From Macrostomum hystrix (taxonomy: Eukaryota > Animalia > Platyhelminthes): DNA of 64,000 bases. The translations under genes and the position numbers were made by a program. The notes under the pieces are model-generated. The model ran no database searches. It was given only the letters and a program-made list of their open reading frames with translations, and had not been told where the DNA came from. Where the stretch lies: positions 6,634,001 to 6,698,000 of the forward strand of contig CATNEN010000003.1 in NCBI GenBank assembly GCA_950097015.1, read 5' to 3'. Positions within the stretch are counted from its first letter, which is position 1. Each line of letters begins with the position of its first letter. Below are positions 23,632 through 35,684 of the stretch, piece by piece.

Positions 23632-25680
23632 CAAGGCCAATATCCTAGCCAATACAAGGCCAATATCCTAGACAATACAAGGTCAATATCCTAGCCAATA
23701 CAAGGTCAATATCCTAGCCAATACAAGGCCAATATCCTAGCCAATACAAGGTCAATATCCTAGCCAATACAAGGCCAATATCCTAGCCAATACAAGGCCA
23801 ATATCCTAGCCAATACAAGGCCAATATCCTAGCCAATACAAGAACAATATCCTAGCCAATACAAGGCCAATATCCTAGCCAATAGAAGAACAATATCCTA
23901 GCCAATACAAGGCCAATATCCTAGCCAATACAAGAACAATATCCTAGCCAATACAAGGCCAATATCCTAGCCAATACAAGGCCAATATCCTAGCCAATAG
24001 AAAAACAATATCCTAGCCAATACAAGGCCAATATCCTAGCCAATACAAGGCCAATATCCTAGCCAATACAAGGCCAATATCCTAGCCAATACAAGGTCAA
24101 TATCCTAGCCAATACAAGGTCAATATCCTAGCCAATACAATCAATATCCTAGCCAATACAAGGCCAATATCCTAGCCAATACAAGGCCAATATCCTAGCC
24201 AATACAAGGCCAATATCCTAGCCAATACAAGGCCAATATCCTAGCCAAGAAGAACAATATCCTAGCCAATACAAGGCCAATATCCTAGCCAATACAAGGC
24301 CAATATCCTAGCCAATACAAGGCCAATATCCTAGACAATACAAGGTCAATATCCTAGCCAATACAAGGTCAATATCCTAGCCAATACAAGGTCAATATCC
24401 TAGCCAATACAAGGCCAATATCCTAGCCAATACAAGGCCAATATCCTAGCCAATACAAGAACAATATCCTAGCCAATACAAGGCCAATATCCTAGCCAAT
24501 ACAAGGCCAATATCCTAGCCAATACAAGGCCAATATCCTAGCCAATACAAGAACAATATCCTAGCCAATACAAGGCCAATATCCTAGCCAATACAAGGCC
24601 AATATCCTAGCCAATACAAGGCCAATATCCTAGCCAATACAAGGCCAATATCCTAGCCAATACAAGAACAATATCCTAGCCAATACAAGAACAATATCCT
24701 AGCCAATACAAGGCCAATATCCTAGCCAATACAAGAACAATATCCTAGCCAATACAAGGCCAATATCCTAGCCAATACAAGGTCAATATCCTAGCCAATA
24801 CAAGGCCAATATCCTAGCCAATAGAAGAACAATATCCTAGCCAATACAAGGCCAATATCCTAGCCAATACAAGAACAATATCCTAGCCAATACAAGGCCA
24901 ATATCCTAGACAATAGAAGAACAATATCCTAGCCAATACAAGGCCAATATCCTAGCCAATAGAAGAACAATATCCTAGCCAATACAAGGCCAATATCCTA
25001 GCCAATACAAGAACAATATCCTAGCCAATACAAGGCCAATATCCTAGACAATAGAAGAACAATATCCTAGCCAATACAAGGCCAATATCCTAGCCAATAC
25101 AAGAACAATATCCTAGCCAATACAAGGCCAATATCCTAGACAATAGAAGAACAATATCCTAGCCAATACAAGGCCAATATCCTAGCCAATAGAAGAACAA
25201 TATCCTAGCCAATACAAGGCCAATATCCTAGACAATAGAAGAACAATATCCTAGCCAATACAAGGCCAATATCCTAGCCAATAGAAGAACAATATCCTAG
25301 CCAATACAAGGCCAATATCCTAGCCAATAGAAGAACAATATCCTAGCCAATAGAAGAACAATATCCTAGCCAATAGAAAAACAATATCCTAGCCAATAGA
25401 AAAACAATATCCTAGCCAATAGAAGAACAATATCCTAGCCAATAGAAAAACAATATCCTAGCCAATAGAAGAACAATATCCTAGCAAATAGAAGAACAAT
25501 ATCCTAGCCAATAGAAAAACAATATCCTAGCCCATAGAGGAACAATATTCTAGCCAAGAAGAACAATATCCTAGCAAATAGAAGAACAATATCCTAGCCA
25601 ATAGAAAAACAATATCCTAGCCCATAGAGGAACAATATTCTAGCCAAGAAGAACAATATCCTAGCCAATAGAAGAACAAT
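23632..25680. repeat. 23-bp minisatellite, ~2 kb
   Basis: aatatcctagccaatacaaggcc units with polar variant gradient. Confidence 0.97.
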
Positions 25681-26337
25681 AACCTACCTAATTCAAACAG
25701 TAGTATTTTAAATTGATTATGCTTTACGAAATAATGAAAAAATAAGATGGTTCTCAAAGAAGATAAGCTACACACAATAATTTTAATTTGCATTTTTTTG
25801 TTTTCGTGAAAAGTGAAAACAGTGAAAAGTATTAAAAGATACTTACAAATGAAACTGACAGTTGATTAAATGAGAACAAGTACTAATTTGTCTACAAATT
25901 ACAAAACGAACAATAGAAAATATGATACCGTTCTTTACACTCTACCAACAGTAGAGCAAAATGAAAGATTTGTTGGAAAATAATAGAAACTATACTGCGA
26001 GAGTTGGACAACTAACAAAGATAATTAGTGAAAATCGGAACTTACAACAGATTATCTATAAATTTTGGAATCTTCAAATACAAAAGGCTAAGACAAGAAG
26101 ACAATATAAAGTTTATTAGAGTGATGTTCCAGGTCTGATATAAGAAAAAACTATCTTTGTTGACAAATAAATGTCTACTTTTTACGGGAAATAAATTCAG
26201 AAATCTTCTTCGAACTAAACTAAACTGAACTGAACCAAACAGGATTATGAAATCATATGAGTATGAAATCCCAGGATTCTGAAATTCAGTGATTCAGATA
26301 TTAAGAAATGTAGAAATATAACAAAGCTTTAGTGTAC

Positions 26338-27782
26338 CTAAGCCGCCATAAAAAACTGATAGCCCTTAGGCACAAACGGTGGCGGTCGATGCTCAACTGA
26401 GAAATAATCACCGGCGCCCATTCTGATTGGCTGATGGCGTTGCTGACGAAATGCTCCAGTGAACATGCCAATGGAGGGGGTCAGGCCCAGCTGTACGCCA
26501 TATCTGGCCAATACAGCATCGGCTAGCATTGCGATAGTGAATCTGGAGCAATTGCAGGTTAGAATTGCTTCTAGTAGGCAGAGGTGCATTGCCTGACCAG
26601 GTCGGAGTGCCAGCAGACCAGTCAGGGTTAAACTGAAGCTCAGCAGAAATGAAAGCCAAAAGAATAGATCGAATCCAACGGTTGATCGCCAGGCTAGAAG
26701 TGGCAGCAGCATAGCTCGACAGCAACCAGCGACTAAAACTAGCTTGGCTGTTTTGTGCACACTCAGACTGCCTCGATTGACAAATTCGTTTGATAATATA
26801 GCTAGTATCTGCGAATGGCACAGGGGTAACAAGATTATGCACTAGGCGATATGTGTCGAAAAAAATATTATTCAAGGGTGAATTGCGACTAAATACAGGT
26901 ATGGTATACACTTGAACTTTAGCTAAAAACTGTACGGGAGTAATAATTGGGGAGATAACTGAATGGGGATAAATAAGGGGGAGAAATTAGGGAGAGAAAT
27001 TTAGGGAGAGAAATGGAAGGAGAGAAATGGAAGGAGAGAAATGGAAGGAGAGAAATAGTGAGAGCGAAATGGAAGGAGAGAAATAGTGAGAGAGAAATGG
27101 AAGGAGAGAAATAGTGAGAGAGAAATGGAAGGAGAGAAATAGTGAGAGAAATGGAAGGAGAGAAATAGTGAGAGAGAAATGGGAGGAGAGAAATGGAAGG
27201 AGAGAAATGGAAGGAGAGAAATAAAAGGAAAGAAATGCAGGGAGAAAAATAGAAGGAGTATAATGCAGGGAGAGAAATAGTGAGAGAAAATGGAAGTGGA
27301 GAAATGGAAGGAGAGAAATAAATAGAGATAGCGAATGAATAAGGCTAAAAAAGCACAAAATGACATACCATGGAGCCAGTCTGCAGAGCTGACACTAACA
27401 ATTTAGCATAGAATTCCATCTCTTTAGCAGCCGAGAATACAGCAGCGGACAGATCAGAGTCAAGATCCCTGGCCTCCAGCCACAGAGCGTAGGTCTCGCA
27501 GATGACTAATAGCACAAGGCAGCGCCAAACACCGCCATGCGGCAGCTTGTGATTATGCAACAAATGCCGCATAGCAGATAGGCGATGAAGTAGAATATCT
27601 AAGCCAAGCAATAATCTGTCGCATTCGATGTACCGATCGGCAGGTTGGCCGCAATTGTTACACTTGGCCAATTGAACTACATCAGCGCTATACTTTGTAT
27701 ACAGACTGGGTACCGGACTGCCGCATTCGATGCAGGTGTACTGCATTGATGGACTTGGCAATGACTCATCGCTGGATGCCAT
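26338..27782 (-). CDS. ARV1: ARV1 (ER lipid/sterol homeostasis protein), 2 exons, ~294 aa
   Basis: Exon 27369-27782 (ARV1 homology domain YTCIECG..LYTKYS..QLAKCNNCGQPADRYIECD), donor ATG|gtatgt; exon 26338-26808 after cattcgcag acceptor, hydrophobic helices. Confidence 0.85.
26960..27320. repeat. purine-rich degenerate repeat in ARV1 intron
   Basis: gagagaaatggaag / gagagaaatagt units. Confidence 0.85.
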
Positions 27783-27904
27783 TGGCTGAGCAATAGCTGA
27801 AAATTTTTTTTTAGTTTTTTACTATCTTTTCTACTTATAGTAATCGAGTTAGAAAATATTTCTAAAATTTTATTTCTTTATATTCCATAACGAGTGTTTT
27901 ATTT

Positions 27905-28445
27905 CTCTTGATCCAGGATCTTGATCAAGTCTTGATCCAGGATGTTGATCAAGTATTAATCCAGGATCTTGATCATGTCTTGATCCAGGATCTTGATCAA
28001 GTCTTAATCTAGGATCTTGATCAAGTCTTGATCCAGGATCTTGATCCAGGATCTTGATCAAGTATTAATCCAGGATCTTGATCGTGTCTTGATCCAGGAT
28101 CTTGATCAAGTCTTAATCTAGGATCTTGATCAAGTCTTGATCCAGGATCTTGATCAAGTATTAATCCAGGATCTTGATCATGTCTTGATCCAAGATCTTG
28201 ATCAAGTATTAATCCAGGATCTTGATCAAGTCTTGATCCAGGATCTTGATCAAGTATTAATCCAGGATCTTGATCATGTCTTGATCCAGGATCTTGATCA
28301 AGTCTTGATCAAGTCTTGATCCAGGATCTTGATCATGTCTTGATCCAGGATCTTGATCAAGTCTTAATCTAGGATCTTGATCAAGTCTTAATCTAGGATC
28401 TTGATTAAGTCTTGATCCAGGATCTTCATCAAGTCTTGATCCAGA
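27905..28445. repeat. 24-bp GATC-rich minisatellite upstream of ARV1
   Basis: tcttgatccaggatcttgatcaag units. Confidence 0.92.
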
Positions 28446-29817
28446 TATTTTAATGAATAAATCTAGAGTTTAGAAAACAATTGTTTGTTAGAAACCAACA
28501 AAATGTAAAGATATAATATACTTTTTTGTAAACTACATAACAATGCATGTTATGTAGTTGTTATGTAACATAACAATTGCAGCCTTGCATAAAGAATTAC
28601 GAGTTACTACCTCGTAGTTGTGGTAGTCTCTGGACCGAATAGTGCAATCCTGATAGTTCTGATAGCTTATATTCTCATGTGAAAGGACTTTTTGCATTAG
28701 AATTTTTCCATAAGCTAAATAAAATTTTATTGCTCTGAAATTATATTGCCTCTCATAGGAGCTACCAATTATCTTATTTAACTAAGTGAACAGTTTAAGT
28801 AATTTGTAAAGAGATTGTTAATTAATAGATGAGCCATTATGACATCAAATAAAGTCAGGGCCAATGGATAAAATATAAAAAGCAACTAGGAGCAGCTAGT
28901 TTGTTATATACCCTATTGACATATTGATGGACAAACTAAGCACTTTTGAAATGGGCAAGAAATATAAAAGATGAAGTGATAATTCTATTCAATTTATTTT
29001 ACTTGCAGATAAAATGTGACCTAGAAATGATAAGTTTACATTCACCATAATTATTTATGAACTGTAATATATTGATTATATGGACTCCATTTATTGTTTC
29101 TTGTTTTCATCTATGTAAACAAAGCACCTCAATGGAATCTAATAGAAGCATGACACGTGATTGTTTACCACATGACCACGGATAGTTTAAACTAAAAAGT
29201 AAGTGGATAATCCCTATGAAGTCTACATACATACTATTTTCTGAAAGGTGGCCTATACAACAAACTAGTTTGGCATACATTTGGGTCTTAAATGGCTGTT
29301 AGTGTATACTTGGCATACATTTGTATCAAGTTAGCATGCAATCCTGTTTCAACCTGGAGTAGACAAAAAGTATAGCTATCCACTTGGAATATGCAAGTGC
29401 ATGTGACTGTTAATTAAAATGAGTAAGTCTTGTTTTCAAATAAAACTAGACTACATTTTTAGCCAATTATGTATCAAATTAATTGTACATGTTGCAAAAC
29501 TTCCTTTCGCTTCTAAATCGGCTTTTTATTTAATTAATGTTTTTCATTTTTCTTTTGATTGGAATTGGCATACAGTACAGTACTGTATATGGACTATGTT
29601 ATACATATAAGTGAGACTTGAGGGCTAAGTAAAATTGCCTATATATTCAAAATGATTCTGAATCAGCTGAATGTGGCCAAGGCCCTAGGGCAGAGCTAGC
29701 CCATGGACCTAAAAATACATTAAATTTCTAAACTGTACAATCTATAGTCAGGAAAGTGGCAACTTGGTAAAAAAAACTTGCCACAGTTTTTTAAAGACAC
29801 TCTGCCACCTTCTAGAC

Positions 29818-30109
29818 CAGGGGTCGGCAAACTCTGGCCCACTGGCCAGATCTGGCCCTCGAAGCTCCCAAATCCGGCCCGTTGCCCCTACCGACACTTA
29901 TAGTATCTTGTTTCATCTCTCCTGTGTCACATCTCTCCTGTGTCGCATCTCTCCCGTGTCTCTTCTTTCCGAGTGTCTCATCTCTCCTGTGTCGCATCTC
30001 TCCTGTGTCTCTCCTCTCTCCTATCCCACAATACTACAATCAATGCGGCCCGCTGTATTATTTTACATTTTCTCTTTGGCCCGCTAGCTAATAAGTTTGC
30101 CGATCCCTG
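29818..30109. mobile_element. hAT (Charlie-like) MITE
   Basis: TIRs caggggtcggcaaact / agtttgccgatccctg; 8-bp TSD ttctagac on both sides. Confidence 0.88.
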
Positions 30110-32360
30110 TTCTAGACTATGGTATACAACTACATCTACATGAAACTAAATTTTCTGATTATTTTTATTGTCATAATTCATTAAAACATAATAACTAATG
30201 TTCTCATGGTGTACAATATTTGATAGCACATATATTTGCATGTACATAGGCCCTTCTATGACTACAATTCACAAATATTGAATTTTAATCATGACCACTT
30301 TTTCTGTGCCTGTTTTAGTTCCAGTTCACATTCTTGACAAAATAAAAAGAGAAATAAGGTAATAAAAAACTTTGATTGTGACAGACAAGGAAAGTAATTA
30401 TTAAAGTAGGCCTAACTATTACAGCTGCTTTTATTAGGAATACATGCATATGTATCAAATGACATCACAACAAATACGTTCTAGAGAAGAGCAATCTAAA
30501 AACTTATTGACTGGCACTGATTTATTTGACAACCATCATTTATGAACAGAAACAAAAATAAACTTTAAACAATAAATTGTTTAAAAATAATAAATTGGCC
30601 AACTAAATTAGAAAGTATTTTAAGCACTATATAAAAATGTGTTAATTTTCAATCAATTCATCAATTCATAATTCTAGAGGCTCTGGTAAGAAATAATAAA
30701 AAATTCAATATTTTTGGTTTTTTGTGTCACAGATCTTGATTGTCTGAGTTAAAAGACACCTCACTCATCAAAATTGGTCAAGTAATAAGAAAGTTATAAA
30801 AATTTTTATCAACATTTTAGTTTTTTTGTAATGTATTTTTCCTATAAAGGGCTGTGATCCAGATGACTGGATAGATTTGACTTAGAAAACAAAAATTGCA
30901 ATAACTATTTTATTGTTTTAATGGATTTTAGAAATTCCAAAAGCATATTGTTTATTTTTTGTTATCTACATTATAGAATATATATTTCTTCTATTAACAC
31001 TCAGTATTAAAGTATTAAATTTTAAGTTTACGTTGAATAGGATTACTATGCTAACAAAATGTCTTTATTTGTTTACAATATAACACTCTTTTGGCTTTAA
31101 AGAAGTGGCAAAGCCATACCTATTCCATAGCTTAACAAATAGACATTGCATAGACATCAATTTACTATTTAAAGTCAATTGCAAAAGCCATCTGAAATGT
31201 GTAAAGGGGGTACATTAGAAAAGCATGTTTTGGGAGATTCCGCTAAAAGAAAATAGAAAGGTTTGAGCATATCATATTCTACATAAAATTCTACATAAAA
31301 TTTTAATTGGATACACATGGTAAACATTATAAACAATGATTGAAAAAAGAAAAAGAAAATTTTAAACCAAAAAATTCGCAAAGTAAAAAACTGTCTTTTA
31401 CTATGAGTCCCTAATAATTCATCACAATTAATAGGAGTATCTGTAGAATCTGTGAAATATCACAAAATGCAAGTTTAATTAGTACAGTGCAATCACTGTA
31501 ATGCAAGTTCACTTAAGCCAGTAGAGGTTTTTCAATTCAAATTTAGCATTATACTCTAAAACACATTTCATTAGCTTTTAAAGCTTTTAAAACAGTAACC
31601 AAATCATAATTCATAATACAAAATCCTTAAGTGTATTTAGATAGGCCTATATACACTAGACTTATAACTTAATTAAACATTTTTAAACACGACAAAACAT
31701 AGACTAAGACTAGTAGTAGTGTGTACTAGGCCTAGCCTATACATAAATATATGATTACAGTCAGTCTTACACGATATAAAGTAGGTAGCTAGTGAATACT
31801 GAATATATATATTTAAATGCATGACATGAAAAGCCCTTTTGCATGAAACACAGCGCAAATATAGTAGCGGATTACTCGATTCTCAAAGACCAGCATTGAA
31901 TCGTATCGTATCAATGTGGGCTGTTGGTTTGGGTTTGGGTATATGGTATGTACCGTCACAATGATGTGCTGTCTAAGAATTTAAAGTTTTGTTTCTGAAA
32001 AAAAAATTAACAAAGCATAAGTATTTGCTATCCAAGATTTGATTTTTTATTTCAGTAATTCTTAATTTTTATGCTTTAGTGATAGTAAATTATACAATTC
32101 AATATACTATTCAGTTTATTGTTGAAACTTGAAAGTTAAAAAGCAATACATTTTCGTGTAAATATTCAACCCATCCGTATATTTTGATTTGCGTAACAAA
32201 GTGGATCGATTAGCTAACTGCGCTAAATGAAAAGTGACCGCTTTTAGATAGCCTTATTCATATAAACTCGAAGGTTAGATTAAACGGAAATGGAACAGTT
32301 ATGTGCAAATATAACGTTTACATGTCGATATAAGGAAAACCTGCAGCTCAGTCTCTCAGT

Positions 32361-33085
32361 AGTTTAAATATTTACAAATTAAAATATGCTCATAAATCGG
32401 ACTCCACGACATGAAATCAATTAGCACGTAAAACATACGTGTAATGCACGTCTAAATTTGGTATAAATAACGTCGAATACAATACGCTGATAAAAAAGTA
32501 AAACGCACAGTTTCCATTCCACAACAGCTACTGCTGTGAGCAATAAACTGTTCGCGTTCGACAAGCACTTCCTAGTCATTGTTCTGAACAAGCTGTACAC
32601 AGTCTTTGAAAGTGCCGCCGAAAAGCTGCGGCGGCTATGCCCCTGGCTGTTAATCTTGAGGCAGCATTTGGCTATTTTACTTCTGTGTTTGTCATACACA
32701 TGACACACATGCTCAGTATAACAATGCAAAAAAAGCTGCAAAAGCTAGACGCACCGCGTTTGAACTAAATGGATGAATACTCGTAGCTTAAGGCGATCGG
32801 GCTAAAAGTAGAATGCCATATTGTATAGTTACATTTTTTCTTTGCATTTCATTAATTTAAAATGCAGTATTACTTTCCTGCATCCACGCCAAATAAACAA
32901 CCGCTAGATTTCACTGAAAAATTACTGCAAATCACTGCAAACTAACGAAATTTTGATGCCGCTAGTTGCACATGTACGTATTCAAAATTTAGACGTGCAT
33001 TACACGTATGTTTTACGTGCTAATTCATTTCATGTCGAGGAGTCCGATTTATGAGTATATTTTAATTTGTAAATATTTAAACTCG
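32361..33085. mobile_element. MITE-like element with ~100-bp terminal inverted repeats
   Basis: 32361-32459 is the near-perfect reverse complement of 32985-33083; no clear TSD. Confidence 0.7.
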
Positions 33086-33219
33086 TACGATGGATAGTCG
33101 ATTTAGATTATTCCAAAATATAAGCCTTCGTTGTATATCACTGCACAACACGTTATTGTTCTTTTTAGTGAAACGAAACATTCTTAAATTAAGGTTTCAG
33201 TTCCTGTGGGTTCAAGCCG

Positions 33220-33978
33220 TCAGTCGAATGGTGACAGGCACTCGCACAGACCGCCTCTGCCTGAGGAGGTCATTGTGTCATCAGCCAGGGCGGAGTGGGA
33301 CCCACGGCCTCTGCACACCACATTGGCGTTCACTTGCGAGCTAGGCTCACCAATGCTCCAGAGGCTCCGGTCCAGGCTGATGTTGCACGCCAGCCAGTGC
33401 CAACCGTCGTGAGGCTCAGCACTGCCCGCAGTCTGGAAGCCACCCAGCCAGAAGGACATTCCACCACTGAAGTTTGTGTACAGAATGTCGACATGGGCCA
33501 TTTCAGTCGCATCCATTACGTCGGCCATGATCACCAGACCGCTCTCCGACTCGCAATTCTGTCGATGAACAGACCAGACTCCAGTCGCGAAATTTAACTT
33601 GTACTTCACTCCGCACAGGCCGTGTCCGTAGCCATTCGGACACAGCTGGCCAGCCTCGAGTCCCGGCTGCTGCTTCACAAACACCTGGCCTCTCCTGGAG
33701 CAGCTGCAGTCCCTCACCGACTTGCTGCACTTGTCGAACACGAACAGCTGACACGGACCGTCAGCCATGGTGAAGGCCTGGCAGCGCTGCTCCCTGCTGC
33801 ACAGCATTGAACACTCAAGGTGCGCCCAGCAGGTAGCATGAGTGTGAGTGTAGTCACTCCTAATGCACAAATATCCGAATGTCAAAGTATATTGTGTGCG
33901 GCAGCCTAAGCAATCAAAGGCATTAGACAATAAAGCAAGGTAAAATACGATTCTAGGAGCAGCAGAGAGCAGCAGCAT
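33220..33978 (-). CDS. secreted PAN/apple-like + C-type lectin protein, copy 1
   Basis: Signal peptide, ECSMLC...CQAF....C pattern, CTLD with FWLGG, WHW, GEPS, terminal LCEC; intronless 252 aa. Confidence 0.85.
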   Translation of the reverse strand: MLLLSAAPRIVFYLALLSNAFDCLGCRTQYTLTFGYLCIRSDYTHTHATCWAHLECSMLCSREQRCQAFTMADGPCQLFVFDKCSKSVRDCSCSRRGQVFVKQQPGLEAGQLCPNGYGHGLCGVKYKLNFATGVWSVHRQNCESESGLVIMADVMDATEMAHVDILYTNFSGGMSFWLGGFQTAGSAEPHDGWHWLACNISLDRSLWSIGEPSSQVNANVVCRGRGSHSALADDTMTSSGRGGLCECLSPFD

Positions 33979-34922
33979 GACTGAATAGAATAGACTCAGA
34001 AGTAGTCTAACGTCTGCTTCTCATTGCTGCTTAAGTATAGTGAGTATAGTGCTGTGTCAATGGCGCGCTTTCAACAATTTGCGACAGAAAACAATGCTTT
34101 GCAACCGCTTTTTTTTCAATTCCTGCAAGCTATTGGACCTCCCTTCCAGTAAAACGCGGGCATGGAATGTTGTCTAGGCAACTTAAAAAACAAAAAGCTC
34201 GATCCTCTTCATTTAACATTTTTAACCACATCGCTCAGAAGTAAAAATGAGGGAATTAAAAAGTTGCCGGCATTTGCTTCGCCTCGAATTTTTTTCTGTA
34301 ATTAGGCAGCAAGCCAAGTTGTGGCAATTCTGTTCGATGGAAGTTTGACAAAAAACTGAAAAATATTTTTGCTTTTAAAAACAAACCATGCATGTTGTGG
34401 GCGATTTCTAAAACTAAAGGAAAGAAAATCGATATGTTTCTTAGAAAGTGATCACACGGCCCATAAAAGTAATAAAAGTAAAAAGTAAAAAACAACTAAT
34501 TTCTATGTTTACGAAGCAACTTGGCCTCTTAACATTGCTTCATAACATCTGAGTGGCGAAAAGCATTGAATGTTTGCTTTAAATTTAGTGTCTATATTTC
34601 TACTCAGTGTTGATGTAAAACGCGAGGTTCGTTCCCCACTTTTAGTGTGTTACAGTCTCTCCTCTGTCAAGCTGTCTTCTCTTGTACTTCATGTAGCACG
34701 CCTGGCAGATAGTCTGTCGCACGTCACTCAAATCACTTCACCTGCTGGAATCTCTAAAAGTGGAGCCCCTTACTCTTGTCAACCTGTGCGAATGCGTCAG
34801 ACGATCTTTACAGCCGGAAGAGGGTCTATAAATACAATGATCAAATTCGGCAACAATCAAAGTTTTAACATTCAAAAGTAACTTTTCAAGCGATCTGCAG
34901 CAGCAACAAAACAAGTTGAAAA

Positions 34923-35150
34923 CAAGTTGATGTCAACATCAACGTGGACATCAGTAAGGTAATCGACTATGGCCTGAAGAAAATCGACGACGCGTTCTCT
35001 TGCTCAAAATACGATGGCGTGAAGGGAGCCGGATGCTGGCACAACAACCCCGGGAAACGGGACCTCCTGTGCAAGAGGTGCCCGTCAAGGCGCTGGACCT
35101 ACCGTCACAGCTTCCTTGGCGGCACATGCTACTGCTGCCACTGCCCTTGA
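34923..35150 (+). CDS. small Cys-rich (8 Cys) defensin-like peptide, start codon unresolved
   Basis: GC3-rich reading frame ending CYCCHCP-stop; TATA box (tataaata) at ~34827; no in-frame ATG. Confidence 0.45.
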   Translation, partial: QVDVNINVDISKVIDYGLKKIDDAFSCSKYDGVKGAGCWHNNPGKRDLLCKRCPSRRWTYRHSFLGGTCYCCHCP

Positions 35151-35684
35151 CCTCATTGTCCATGGACATGGATTCAACTCTGTAGGCGATGGAATTCCTG
35201 TTATTGATAAGTATAGCAAAAGCCTTACACGGCCAAATCATGGTGACACTGTATATTATTGGTTTTCAACTTCTATTTCAAACTAAGTAACTTCAATTTC
35301 GTCCGCGAGTACGGCCTGCCCAAGTTAGAGTAAATCAATTTCATAAAAAGTAACTTCTATTTCGTTAGCACTTTTTTCATCCTGCTTCAAACAATAATAT
35401 ACGCTCGTATAGTCAATGATGGGCCTGTACTTTCAATATATAGTTTTGACGTCTCAGCCAAGACACCAAGTGGGAGACAAACAACAAAAAGAGTTCGTAT
35501 TGTCGCTCCAAAAAGATCGGAGCTTCAAGAGCGGCTGGATGTGAAAGTGTCGGCGCTAGAAGTTGAAAACCAATATACTCAAAAGACAATTACAGCATTA
35601 ATACTCGTGTTGTGAATGTGTTGAATCACGGGTAAATCAGATACTTTGAATAATAACAATAATTATTATAAATTATTCATAATA

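Noticed and set aside
28450-32350. AT-rich stretch searched for genes
   Set aside because: Only short ORFs with no recognisable motifs; nothing supportable apart from the hAT MITE
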